Below are positions 23,215 through 34,332 of a DNA stretch of 64,000 nt, one piece after another. The notes under the pieces were generated by a model, which was not told the origin of the DNA, ran no database searches, and saw only the letters and a list, made by a program, of their open reading frames with translations. This DNA comes from Camelus ferus (Eukaryota). The position numbers were made by a program, and so were the translations under genes. Positions within the stretch are counted from its first letter, which is position 1. Each line of letters opens with the position of its first letter. Location of the stretch: NCBI RefSeq assembly GCF_009834535.1, contig NC_045697.1, forward strand, positions 27,714,001 through 27,778,000. The letters run 5' to 3'.

Positions 23215-23413
23215 NNNNNNNNNNNNNNNNNNNNNNNNNNNNNNNNNNNNNNNNNNNNNNNNNNNNNNNNNNNNNNNNNNNNNNNNNNNNNNNNNNNNNN
23301 NNNNNNNNNNNNNNNNNNNNNNNNNNNNNNNNNNNNNNNNNNNNNNNNNNNNNNNNNNNNNNNNNNNNNNNNNNNNNNNNNNNNNNNNNNNNNNNNNNNN
23401 NNNNNNNNNNNNN
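23215..23413. other. Assembly gap (199 N)
   Basis: Run of N. Confidence 1.
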
Positions 23414-23570
23414 GCTCCGCTCTCAGCCCTCTCCTCTCAGCTCTCCAGCTCTCTCTATGCCCTCTCTCTCTCTCCTCCCCTCCCTCCCTCCCCTATCCCT
23501 CCTCGCGCTCGAGCCTCCCGCCTCCCTCCCCCCTCCCCACCTCCGAGAGAGAGAGAGAGAAAGAAAGACC
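23414..23570. repeat. CT-rich low-complexity tract followed by (GA)n
   Basis: Read directly; abuts the gap so base quality may be poor. Confidence 0.8.
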
Positions 23571-24552
23571 CTAAAGTTCCACTTTCCCAAAGAAACATTT
23601 TTTCTATATTTTTTCCTGTTTTACTTCTATTGGTAGAGGAGGTCTTGCATTATTTTGTGTTTTCTTAAAATCATATTTTTTCTCTTAAAAGAGTATAGCT
23701 TGATCACTGTAGAAATGGAAAGTGGCACGAAAAAATAAAGAAGATAAACCTCCCCAATAAATAATCTCAAAATCCAGAAAAAAACAAATGCTAACGTTTT
23801 TGTATGTATTCTTTCAATCTTTTTATGGTGCATTTTTCCAATTTTTACAAAATTGGGCTCATAATAGCTCGTGTTAATTTTCTTTCACTTAAATTTAAAT
23901 TATGAACATTTTCTGCAAACTTTTCAATATTAAAATCAACTAAATGAAATGTTTCTCTCTATTCCTTGAATAACGTCTTACGAGCTATTCTATCACATCA
24001 CAGAAAATGGTTTTTTTGTCTAGAATAAAAGGAAAAGCAGTTGAAGCCAATTTCTGGGAGTTTAGAAGAGCACTTCTTGCAGTTTTTTCAAATTACCCAG
24101 GATCTTTACATCTGTATTATATCTCTGAAGAAGTAAGACCTTTTTTTTTTTAATAAGCAAACCATTAGAAATACGTATCACTCTTTTCTAGGCTTTGGCT
24201 TAGAGAATGAGAAGCTTTCCAATTGAGGTTTTATTGGTTTCTATGTTGTTAAGTATAGGATTTCTGCTTGTCTGTAAGACTCTCCATGTATCTATGTGCA
24301 AATACTAATACGAAACATAACTATGCTTGCAGAGTTAGGCCAATTCCTTCTGTGAGAGTGATTATTACAAAGCATTGCTAATTGCTAGAAGGGTCATATT
24401 ATTTTATTATCAAAGGACATATATTGAAACTAAAAATTGTTTTGAAACCACACCTAGCAACCGGCTCTGGTAATGCATAACTATTATATTTAAGCCAAGT
24501 CATTTCCTTAGGCCTAAGTGGCAAAGAATCAACAGAAAAAGGTTAAAGGATT

Positions 24553-24578
24553 GGGGGGTGGGGTGGGGTGGGGCAGGG
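24553..24578 (+). other. Canonical G-quadruplex motif
   Basis: GGGGGGTGGGGTGGGGTGGGGCAGGG, five G-runs with 1-2 nt loops. Confidence 0.7.
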
Positions 24579-26269
24579 AATCTTGGTTGCCTTGTGTTAG
24601 CTCTCCTTGCTATCACAGACGGATATTCTCCAAACTGTTGGAAAATAAGCTACATTGAAAAAGAATGGTTTCAGTTCCACACATGGTCCTTATTCTATGC
24701 AGAAACCAGAGTTGCTTTTGTTTTACATTACAACTTCTATTATCCAGCTGGAATTGAGGGACATTTTATCAATTTGAAAAACCAAAGTTTTTACTGTAAG
24801 TGAAGCTTACAGAGGGATAGGTCCAGGGATAACCAGAGTGTGGGGTTGAATTCATTTTGGTTCCCTGAACTATGAAAAGGGCATCAAGTCAGCTTATTGC
24901 AGTGAGGACAACCTAGTGATTATCTACGATCCCTAAACCTTAGTTCACTGAAACCCCAATCTGGGCTGTTTATTGCAATCACAGTGACTTACATGCACAC
25001 CCCAAAAAAGAAGGAGAGCAAAGAAAAAGTGGGGAAATGGAAAGAAGGAAGGAAGGAAGGAAATAAGAAAGGCTATTGACTTACCTTTGATTAGCATCTC
25101 TGTGTATTTACAGTGGAACCATTGCAGCTGAGGAATTCTTTGATGATTTACAGCCAAAAAGAAATTCAACCCCTGTCAACTGAAAATACACGCATGTTTT
25201 CAACTGCCCTGGGCTTTCAGTCTTTGCTGCCAGATGCAGTGATGAAATTAAGGAGATAATTCTTTCCATGAGGAGGAATGGAACATGGAAACAATGTCCT
25301 GAAATGCAGTAAGAATGACCACAGAACTCTGAGGTTGAACTGTGCTTAAGTGGTCAGACTGCTCACTGACAAGCAGGATGAGTGTCCCCCTGGGAAAGCG
25401 GGAGCCCCAAGGGCTATGGAAGAGCCTGGCACAAAGAGCCCGTTGCAGTAAAACTGCAACAAGTTGCAGACCTTGAATTGAGGATGTTCAGCAAAACTGG
25501 CTACCTGAAAACAAGAGTGCCTTTTAGGTCACATGTAAGGAAGTTATTTACAAGCCACAGCTCTAATTACCCACCAGAGAGGTTCAGGTAGCTTCTCGTA
25601 ACTCCGGATATCTCACAGGGTCTTTTAGGATGGATTCATTACATCATAGTGCAAATACATTTTCCAACAAGGTTCAAAGCCGTACTTCTTCTGGAAGAAG
25701 GAAACTTCTCCCTCCTGTCCGATTTAGCACCTGCATTATTACCCAGCCTCTTGAAACAAAGCCAGCAAAAGGCAAACTGGGCGATCGTGAAAATTATTTT
25801 CTAATAATAATTCATTGTTAATATTGAGCTAAATGCGGCTGGCTCTGTGGTGGGCTGGCTAGGGGCCAGCCATGCTGTGGAGAATGGAAGCAAAAGCCCT
25901 GTATGGGGAGTTGGCATAACTCAACTTGAAACTGGATTGCTGGGCTTGGGGGATGAACGGTAAGCCCGGGGCATGACTGGGCATCTCCAAACTCTGCTCC
26001 TCACCTCCATCCCCCATCCCCAGTCCACGGTCCTCCATGAGCTAGTGAACAGGGAAAGAAATCATAGCCACTGCCAACGTCTTTTCTCCCAGGAATAGTG
26101 TAGGATGTACCTCTGTTTATCACTGTTAATTTTTGGGTCGTTAAACCCTAACCAGAAAGGTCTTTAGAAGATTCCAAAACGAGCTTACACTGACAAGAAG
26201 TGGCAAGGTCAGGATCCTGGCAAGACAGGTGGGTGGTACCACAACTGCTCTCAGCCTCAGGAAGACAAT

Positions 26270-26940
26270 AACAATCCTAGCTAGCTTTATTAAGTGCTTA
26301 AACACATTCCTCTTTAATCATCACATCGACTCTGTAGGTAGGCTTTTATTATTCCCATTTCACAGATACAGAAACTGAGACCCAGGAGTTCATGAACTAG
26401 CCCAAAGTCACACAGCTGAGCCTATGGGGATCATACCTCTGATTTTCTGGGCATATAACCTTTTAGAATAACGGCTTCATTTCCCAGCCTCCCTTGCAGC
26501 TGAGCACAGACACAGACTAAGATCTGGCCAATGGGCTATGAAGGGAAAGGGTATAGTATGGGTAACTTCCTGGACTTGCCTCCCCCACCTTGTCCTCTTC
26601 CACCACCCTGCTGCTTGAAATGTTGATGAAGCAGTGAGACATCTTGGGCCTTACAGTTGGAGGCATCATCCTATGGATGGTGAAACAACGAGATTAAAGG
26701 AGACTGATTCCTGATTCTTGACATCCTCCTAGCACAGACCAGCTCTACCATTCCTGGGCCACCTACCTCAAACCATTAAGTAAGGGAAAAAATAGCCTTC
26801 TCCCTTGTTGAAACCTGTTATTTGGATTTCTTTCATATAGCTAGCCTATACCCTAACTTAATTTCAAAGCCGAGCTGGAATTTGAACCCAGTTCTGCCTG
26901 ATTCTAAAGCCATGTTCTTGTCCACCATGCATCAGATGAA
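26270..26940 (-). mobile_element. MIR SINE split by an LTR16 insertion
   Basis: MIR up to cccaaagtcacacagctgag (~26420) resumes at aaagccgagctggaatttgaacccagttctgcctgattctaaagcc (~26865). Confidence 0.75.
26440..26862 (+). mobile_element. LTR16C-like ERVL solo LTR
   Basis: catttcccagcctcccttgcagctg...gatctggccaatggg...cttgttgaaacctgttatttggatttc...cctataccctaac. Confidence 0.7.
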
Positions 26941-28719
26941 CAGTATGAATTCCTCAAGGGAGAAGGATTTGTAATTCCTTCTTTAAGGCAGGAGATCACT
27001 TTTTGACACTTGATTCTAAAGAATAATGTCCAATTAAGAGACTGCCTCAGTATAAAACATCTGTAAAATAAAGTTTGCATGGCATTCCTGGATATCAACA
27101 ATTCTTATGGCCAACGATCTCCATGAGATACTCACATTCATGGTTTCTATCAAACAAAAGAACCCAAAGACCTTCCCTTTTATTTTTCTGATATGGTTGG
27201 AAGTAAGCAGGGTGAGCCTTGAGAAAACATTACATAGATGGACTTGAGGGAAGCTTTTGCTGCTTACCCACCTTCTGCACCTTTTCACCCTTCCCAGAGG
27301 TGATTTCTCCCACAGCCCTGGTACCCCCAGCCCCTTCCTGCTGGCTCACCCTCTGCCAAAATAGGAAAGGATCTGATATCTGGACTCCATCATTGTGACA
27401 GCCCAGCCTCCCTTTTCCTGTACTCTTCTCTGCTAGCCCAATAGTGCCAGGAAGAGGCGCCCAGGAGATCCCCAGGACAGAAGCACCAAATTTCCTTACC
27501 TCTTAAGACATGCAGTCAAGTTCATGCTCTACCACTTAACTAGCAGTGATTACTAGCTATGTAACCACCGCCAAGTTCCTGGTCTCTACCAGGAATAGTA
27601 ACAGATCTTGCAGGGCTATTGTTTGAATTGAGCAAGATGATACATGTGAGTGACCTTGGCTCATAATAGATGTTCAATGAATGACCATTCTCTGAACTTA
27701 ACTGGCTCTCCCCTTCTTCCTCCCGTGTCTCTCCTGAGCCAATAAATACACTCCACATTCCTAGCCATAATTCCTCTTATTCCACCATTCTCAACAACCG
27801 AGGTAGTTTTTAGATGATGCCTTATGTCCTGTAATTGTACCTTTTATTTTAAGTATCCCAGCACATTAGTAATTCACAGGCCTGAAAGATTAGGGGATGG
27901 TGGTGGTTACAGGAACTCAGACCCAACTGTAACTGTAGCTCGAGGAGAGGCCATCTGACCACAGCTGTGGCCTTTCACAGAGCAACAGAGTCACTGCCAC
28001 CTCCTGGCCCAGCAGCAGGGCAGCCAGGGGACTAGATGCCCCCTCTCCTCTTCCCTGCCTTCTGAGTTCAGCTGGTGCCTCCCATTGGCTGGTCCCAGCC
28101 AGAAGCTGGAGGGCAAGAGGCACCCACTGACCCACTTAAGTATCTACAGGGCTTGCCTCCTGGGGCCAGAGCAAAGCAGAGAAGGAAGGAGAGCAACTCC
28201 CAGCAAACAAAGCCTGCAGCACAGGAACCTGGTGTGCCCATCATGCCTTGTCACACGAGTGGGATTGGGTAGAGGCCACATCAGCAAACACGTTAATATG
28301 TCTATAGCGAAACATATGAAAAAGTACAGTGTGTCAAATAAATAAAGAAGAAACAGCCCCTCATCAGGTCAAGTACTGTTCCCAAATAAAGATGAGCTCC
28401 CCAGCCCCACCAGAGGTGCAGGTAAGGAACTGAGACCTGTGCTGGGAAAGACGGGCATTATGGTAAGTGCTTCCCCAGTTTCTCCCGTGGGCGGGTCCCC
28501 TCTTCCTCTCCCAGTCCTGCCAGGGATCTCCCCTCCCTATTCTGGTGGCCACGCCTAGCACACCTGAAAATGCTCCCGGGAACACAGTCCCAGCAGAGAG
28601 GAGGAGAAGGGTGGGACCTGAGCCACCTGCCCTCACTGGGAAGACCACGGGAAGCTGGTCTCCAGACCCTGATCGATAGGGCAGGGGTGTTGGTCCCCCC
28701 AGAGGAAGGCTGCAGTGTC

Positions 28720-28800
28720 TTCTGCTTTGTATGGCCATATGGTGCACACAGCACAGTCAACACTCAATAGATATTTGTCGAATAAGTGGATAAATTAAAT
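28720..28800 (+). mobile_element. L2 3' end
   Basis: acactcaatagatatttgtcgaataagtggataaa. Confidence 0.55.
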
Positions 28801-29129
28801 AATAAGTTGTATCTTCTTCCTACATTGATCAACCCCTGTGACCACAGATTAAAATTAAGTAGCATAGTTAGAATTTGGACTAAATAGCATATGCAGGGTA
28901 GACGCCCTTAAGCCCTCTTTAATGCCTCCGTCACAGCCTAAATCACCATCTTACTTAAACACAGGGAGTTCCTGATTCAATTCCCGATGCTGCACTCCTG
29001 CCCATTTATTTCTGGGAATCCTTGGGAGTTCATATTTCACAAGCCTGTCCTGGTTGGTGCGTGTCCCTTTGATTGGCCATAACCCCGTCTGCCCTGAGAG
29101 TGTTATCTCAAGATGAGTATCTTTCACAA

Positions 29130-29358
29130 TATTAAGAATGCAGACTTTGGCATCAGAAAGCCTGGTTTTGAATTCTGGCTCTACCAGGTACTAGCAGTCA
29201 ATGTATTTAATATCCCCGTGCCTCAGTCTCCTCATCTATAAGATGGGGATATCACATCAAAGGGCCGTCTGAAGATTAAATGAAGTAACAGATGCAAGTC
29301 ACTTAGAAGGGTACCTGGCACACGGTGAGCACTGCATATATGCTCGCTGTCATTATGG
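29130..29358 (+). mobile_element. MIR SINE, near full length
   Basis: aagaatgcagactttggcatcagaaagcctgg...gcctcagtctcctcatctataagatgggg...cctggcacacggtgagcact. Confidence 0.85.
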
Positions 29359-29539
29359 TTAGTATCTGGCCCTGATACCAATCTGTACCAAAGACAGACT
29401 GCAGGCTCCATCAAACAGGCATCAGGAGCTGTCAGTCTTCCAAATGGCATTTTTCCAGGTTGCAGGAAGTCAAGTCCCCATCAGGCCCCAACTATATCAT
29501 AAAAACAAGAAAATAGTTCAAGAGATTTACTGATGTTAG

Positions 29540-30110
29540 TGAATAATTAACATATAGAGAATTTTAAAAGAACAAAAGGAGAAACTGACCCTCAAGCCAC
29601 ATCACTTCTCTCAACGTATCTATCAAAGGCACAGTCCTTGACCCAGCAAAAGTCTAGCAATGATTAGCAAGTGATAGATTGAGTCTGTGTAGATGTTTGA
29701 GTTTCCTCTCCTACAGCTTATCTATTTAACCATTGACTGCCCTCCCTCTGGGCAACTGGAAGAACATTCAAAAAGCATCTGTTGATTTACCAATATTTGT
29801 TCTATTCTTTTCAAGTCCAATTTGTATTAGCTTTCAGAAAGTAGCAGCCTTCTCGATAGGTAAAGTGTTAGTGCAAACAGACCCGTCAACAACTTCCATA
29901 AGGGCATAATAATCCCTTCTGACACCGATAGTCAATTTAAATCAGGCAATTTATGGATGTACACTGTTATATCTCCACCTACCTGCAACCCGCAGGGCAT
30001 CGTACCACTAATACGGCACAGTGCACCAATAAAACTCTTTCACTAAGTTGAAGGAAAAGGTGAACAGTGCATACTAGGACTAAAAAGTTATAGAAAATTA
30101 CCTACATATA
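29540..30110. promoter_or_regulatory. Candidate developmental enhancer
   Basis: No repeat recognised; ATCAAAG 29622-29628, TGATTTAC 29783-29790, GCAATTTATGG 29946-29956, CCAATAAAA 30026-30034. Confidence 0.35.
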
Positions 30111-31729
30111 TTTTTACAATTGCCTTGGATATTTTATATAGAAGGAGAACAAAATTGGATGGAGAATCGTTTATTAAAATGTATCTGCTCTCATCTTGTT
30201 TAATTCAGGGATGATAATATGAAATTAAAATAACACATACCCTCCAATAGCTGATGTTTTCTCCTTTCAAGGAGCAAGTCACTGCTAGCACTCTTTACCC
30301 GTCCAGAACCTTTAAACTTCATTATAATTTTCTCTATTGATAGACCAATTTTCTAATCCCATAGCAGTCCGTAGTGTGACATATTTGCCAGTGGGAAGTC
30401 AGGCCTAAAAATAAAATGTAAGGTGAAGGTGTTGCATGGAGACATTTAAGTCAGGCCTGACTCCTCCACCCATCGGGAGATGTGAGGGTCTCTGCACCTC
30501 GTGTCTCCAAGAACCTGCGGCAGCACGACGTTCAGCATGGAGGCTTCCAAGTTAATATAGTCACCCAAGATTTCACATTTAGTCAATTTCCCTTTGCTCT
30601 CAAAAGCATATCTCCTTTCTGTACTTTTTTCTTATTTTACTCAAATCAGGAAGTATTCACTTTACACCAGAACTTCCCCGTCATTTCATTAAGGAGAAGG
30701 AGGCGGTAGTGAGGAGAAATCGAAAGTGGGGAGGGGAGTTGAAGCCGTGTGACAGGGGTACCTCCCTGCCCCTTGGAAGGACAACCACTGTCTCGATTGC
30801 TTATTTGCAGTTCTACCTCTAGGAAGTCTACTTCTATAAATATTTCTTCTCCAACTCCCGAAATCCCAAGACCTCTGAACAATTTCTTTCTTTCTCACTC
30901 TCTTTTTGGCTTTTAATGAATTTGTTACCTGTACAACAAAATGATGCAAGACACTTTCTACAATTACCTTAAAAAAAAAAAAACAAAAACCTAGCAGTAG
31001 CTGTCAGAAAGCCAAATTGGCTTGATCTTCCAAGCAGACCTGAGATAAAAGGGTAGTTCCGTTTCTCTTACTAAGATTAGGAACTGAGGTGCCAAGGGTG
31101 CCAGCAGTGATGCTCCCTCTGAAAGCATTTCTACTCTTCTGTAGACCACCTTGCCTTCAAATGCAAATTTAAACGGTCTTCATTAGGAAGTATTAGTTCC
31201 CTTTTTAACCTCAAGCATCAATGCCGTTTGTTATAGGCAATTACTATAATTGGACCGTGGGCTAACAATACATCAATAGAGTAGGCTGCTGCCTCATGGG
31301 TGTGGTTGTTAGGGTATCCACAGCCTGAAATTCCCACTGCTTAAGGTACTTTCCTTGAATGAAGACACAGTTTTTCTTTTAATATGCAAATATATAGGTC
31401 TGAGAGCTTCATTAACGACTGCTCATCCTCTGGCTCCCCTTCAGTTCCTTTAATTAATTATCATGAAAATGAAGACACTTGAAGATTCTGGCTCCAATTC
31501 CCATTGTGCCCCCCTCCTCCGCATTCAGGCCTCCTCATCCCTGACTATTGCCCCAAACACCTAACTCATCTCCCATCACTCAGGTCTCATTTTCTAAAGT
31601 TATTGGTCAAAGATATGATCACATCACTTCAGGATAATGGCCAGTCAAAGTCTGCAGTCAAAGTCTTTGTAAACTACCTTCTAATTTTGCAGCCTTTTCC
31701 CTGACACAGGAACCCTACATTGAGATTAT

Positions 31730-31956
31730 AGAAAACCATTTAGCCTGAATCCTTTTGCTCTTACTTGTTCATGTAGTTTCTCTGACCCAGAATTTCCTTC
31801 CCTGCAGTCTAACCCTCTACCAATCTTCCATCCTTAATATCCAACTGATCCTTCAAGATCCTGTCAAAGCGCCTTTGTAAGCCTTCCTGAGGTCCCTGTT
31901 CTTCTCTCTCACCATCATCCACTCATAAATCTATTTTTCTAGACATTCAATAAAAA
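31730..31956 (+). repeat. Copy 1 of a diverged ~230-bp local duplication (partly L2-like)
   Basis: Aligns colinearly by eye with 32375-32610. Confidence 0.75.
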
Positions 31957-31969
31957 TAATGGTTTAAAC

Positions 31970-32192
31970 CAGTTGTTCTTAACTGGACAGTCCTTCACAT
32001 CTTCCCCCTGCCCTGCGACCAAGGGACATTTAGCCATGGCTGGAGATGTTTCTGGTTGTCACAACTAGGGGTGGGGTCTATTGGCATCCAAGAATGCTGT
32101 TTAACATCTTTCAATGCACAGGGCAGCTCCTTCCCTCCTATAAAGAATCATCTGGCCCAAAATATCAACAGTGCTGAGGCTGAGAAATGCTG
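31970..32192. mobile_element. MER20 hAT-Charlie element
   Basis: cagttgttcttaact...gggacatttagccatggctggagatgtttctggttgtcacaact...ggcccaaaatatcaacagtgctgaggctgagaaatgctg; degenerate 8-bp TSD gtttaaac/gatgaaac. Confidence 0.9.
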
Positions 32193-32374
32193 GATGAAAC
32201 AAATGTATTTATTATTGCTCTACTGCCAAGCCCCATTAAATTGACAGTAAAGGTATTTAGAAAGATCAAAAATGGAAGAAGACTAAAGTTTAGAAGAGGA
32301 GACAAAAGTGGGCCAGAGCTGTCCAAATTTTATATGGAAAGCAGGTGGCGAAGTTGAGGACTGCCTTAGGGTAA

Positions 32375-32610
32375 AGAAATCATTTAACCTAAATCACTTT
32401 GCTCTACATTTGCTTATGTGGCTTCTTTGACTTAGAATTTTCTTCCCTACATTCTAATACTCCAGCCAGTCTTACAAAGGTCAAAATCCAACTGATTCTT
32501 TAAGACTCCATCAAAACGCCAGTTCCTTTGTAAAGCTTTCAAAGCCCCCTGCTCTCTCCTCTCTCCATCATCCATTGATGAATTTATTTGCTAGACATCC
32601 AATTAAAAAA
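32375..32610 (+). repeat. Copy 2 of the diverged ~230-bp local duplication
   Basis: Aligns colinearly by eye with 31730-31956. Confidence 0.75.
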
Positions 32611-32619
32611 CAGAGATAA

Positions 32620-33300
32620 AGAAAGTGAAAAAGTGAAGAAAGCTGAAACCTAATTCTCTGGGGTCAGGGGATGGTGCTAATAAAAGCAAAGCCACTTGTA
32701 TCACGGAGCCCTGGAAAGACTCAGAGACTGGAAGCCCAATTTGCAACCATGCAGTGATGGGTAGGGCTGGAAATATCAGGACTGGTTCAAAACATTAATG
32801 AAGGACAGTCAGATACCTAGACTACTACCTTCACCCAGAAGAACAAGGCAGCTGCCTTTCTCCCACTGCGTTTATTCTACAGAGAAACCAAAGTGGAATT
32901 TTCTGTTTGGACAGAAGAGGGCAAATGCGGAGCTCCCTGTTGAAGTCTAGGGGGTTAAGTGCACACTGAACGGTGAGACACCTATGCCTTCCCCCGTCTT
33001 GACCCCAGAGAATTCTTCTCTAGAGAAACAGAACTTCAATTAAAAAGACTCAGAAATACAGGCACTTGCAAGTCCCCCCATTTGGGTCCCCTCTAGCTGC
33101 CTTTCAGTACAGCCCACAGATCAGTGAATCCTGTGCAGACACAGAGCTTTCATCACCCACTTAGTGCCTCACTCTTACCTGTAAATGGGCAACCAAGGAT
33201 CATGAGACATTTGAGGGAAACTAACATGAAAGACAGAGACCAAAAATCAAACCAAATAAACAAATGGAAAAGAAACTCAGAAGAAACAGAGAGAATAGTG
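32620..33300 (+). mobile_element. Old L1M(E) 5' region remnant
   Basis: ggcaaccaaggatcatgagacatttgagggaaactaacatgaaagacagagacc resembles old L1 5'UTR/ORF1 start; left boundary uncertain. Confidence 0.5.
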
Positions 33301-34195
33301 AGGGTGGAGGGAGCAAAGAGCCTGAAAGTGCCTCCAGGAAGATGGGAGAAGACTGGAGCAGCACTCCCCACAAATCTGACCTCGCTGGCATTTATGGAAG
33401 ACTCCACCACACAGCTTCAGAACAGAAATGTGAAAAGAGGGTTCAGAGAGCAGACCGGGGTGTGGGAGCCAGGGAGACCAAGCAGCTGATGGCTGAGGGG
33501 GGAAATGAATGGGCTGGAGGTGTGAAAAACCAAAGTAGTCGCGGAGAGTTTTGTTGTTTGCTACCCGGTGTGTAAAGCAAGCCCTTTTCTCCTCCCCCAT
33601 CACATTCTCAGTGTAATCTACGTTACTCTACATGCTTTACATACTACTCTGCTTTTCTATTTTGGAGATGTAAAAATGTATTGACAGAATTTGTGGTTGG
33701 CTTGGGGTGAAACCAGGGCTTCCTGTGAGAAGTTGACCATACTTGGGCTATGGTTCTCAGTCCCACCCAGGATCTTTAGGGCAGAGGAGCCAGCTTTAGC
33801 TCAGATGAAACCATCCTCCGAGAAGACAGCCAGGTGGGTACCCTCCATCTGACTGCTGGACAGAGAGGAGGCCAGGCTGGCACCATCACTAAGGCCTTTA
33901 GATCTACCACGCTGGCAGAGGGGAGGTCTACAGTGATGCTGGCTTTGGTGCGACGGCCTTTAAATCTCATCCAGAAATGCCTGTGCATGAGAAATGCCAG
34001 TGGACACAATGGTAGGTGCACTTTCTCCAAGAAACTCCCTCCGAAAATCCCAGGCCAGTGGATGGTGTCTCAGCTGGCCTCGATGGAGATACCTTAGTCC
34101 TTGGGAAGTCGGATTCTGTCCCAGAAGATGAGAGACAATCCACTGCAGAGATGAATTCCACTCAGCCCCAGCTTTGCCTGCTGCTGTGGGTTTAC

Positions 34196-34332
34196 CTGGA
34201 GCCTGGAGCCCATCTGTGGGGCTGACTGCCCAGCAAGCGCAGCCCATGGCTACAGACACTTGGGGAGAGCAGCAGGCCGAGGGCTGCAGGTTGACTGTGC
34301 AGCAGAAATGCTGCAGACCTGGCCGACAACCC
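34196..34332 (-). other. Candidate exon with Kozak ATG at 34247 (speculative)
   Basis: Acceptor ttgttgcttctccaccccag, gtagccATGG context, donor CAG|gtaaac; would encode MGCACWAVSPTDGLQAP. Confidence 0.22.
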
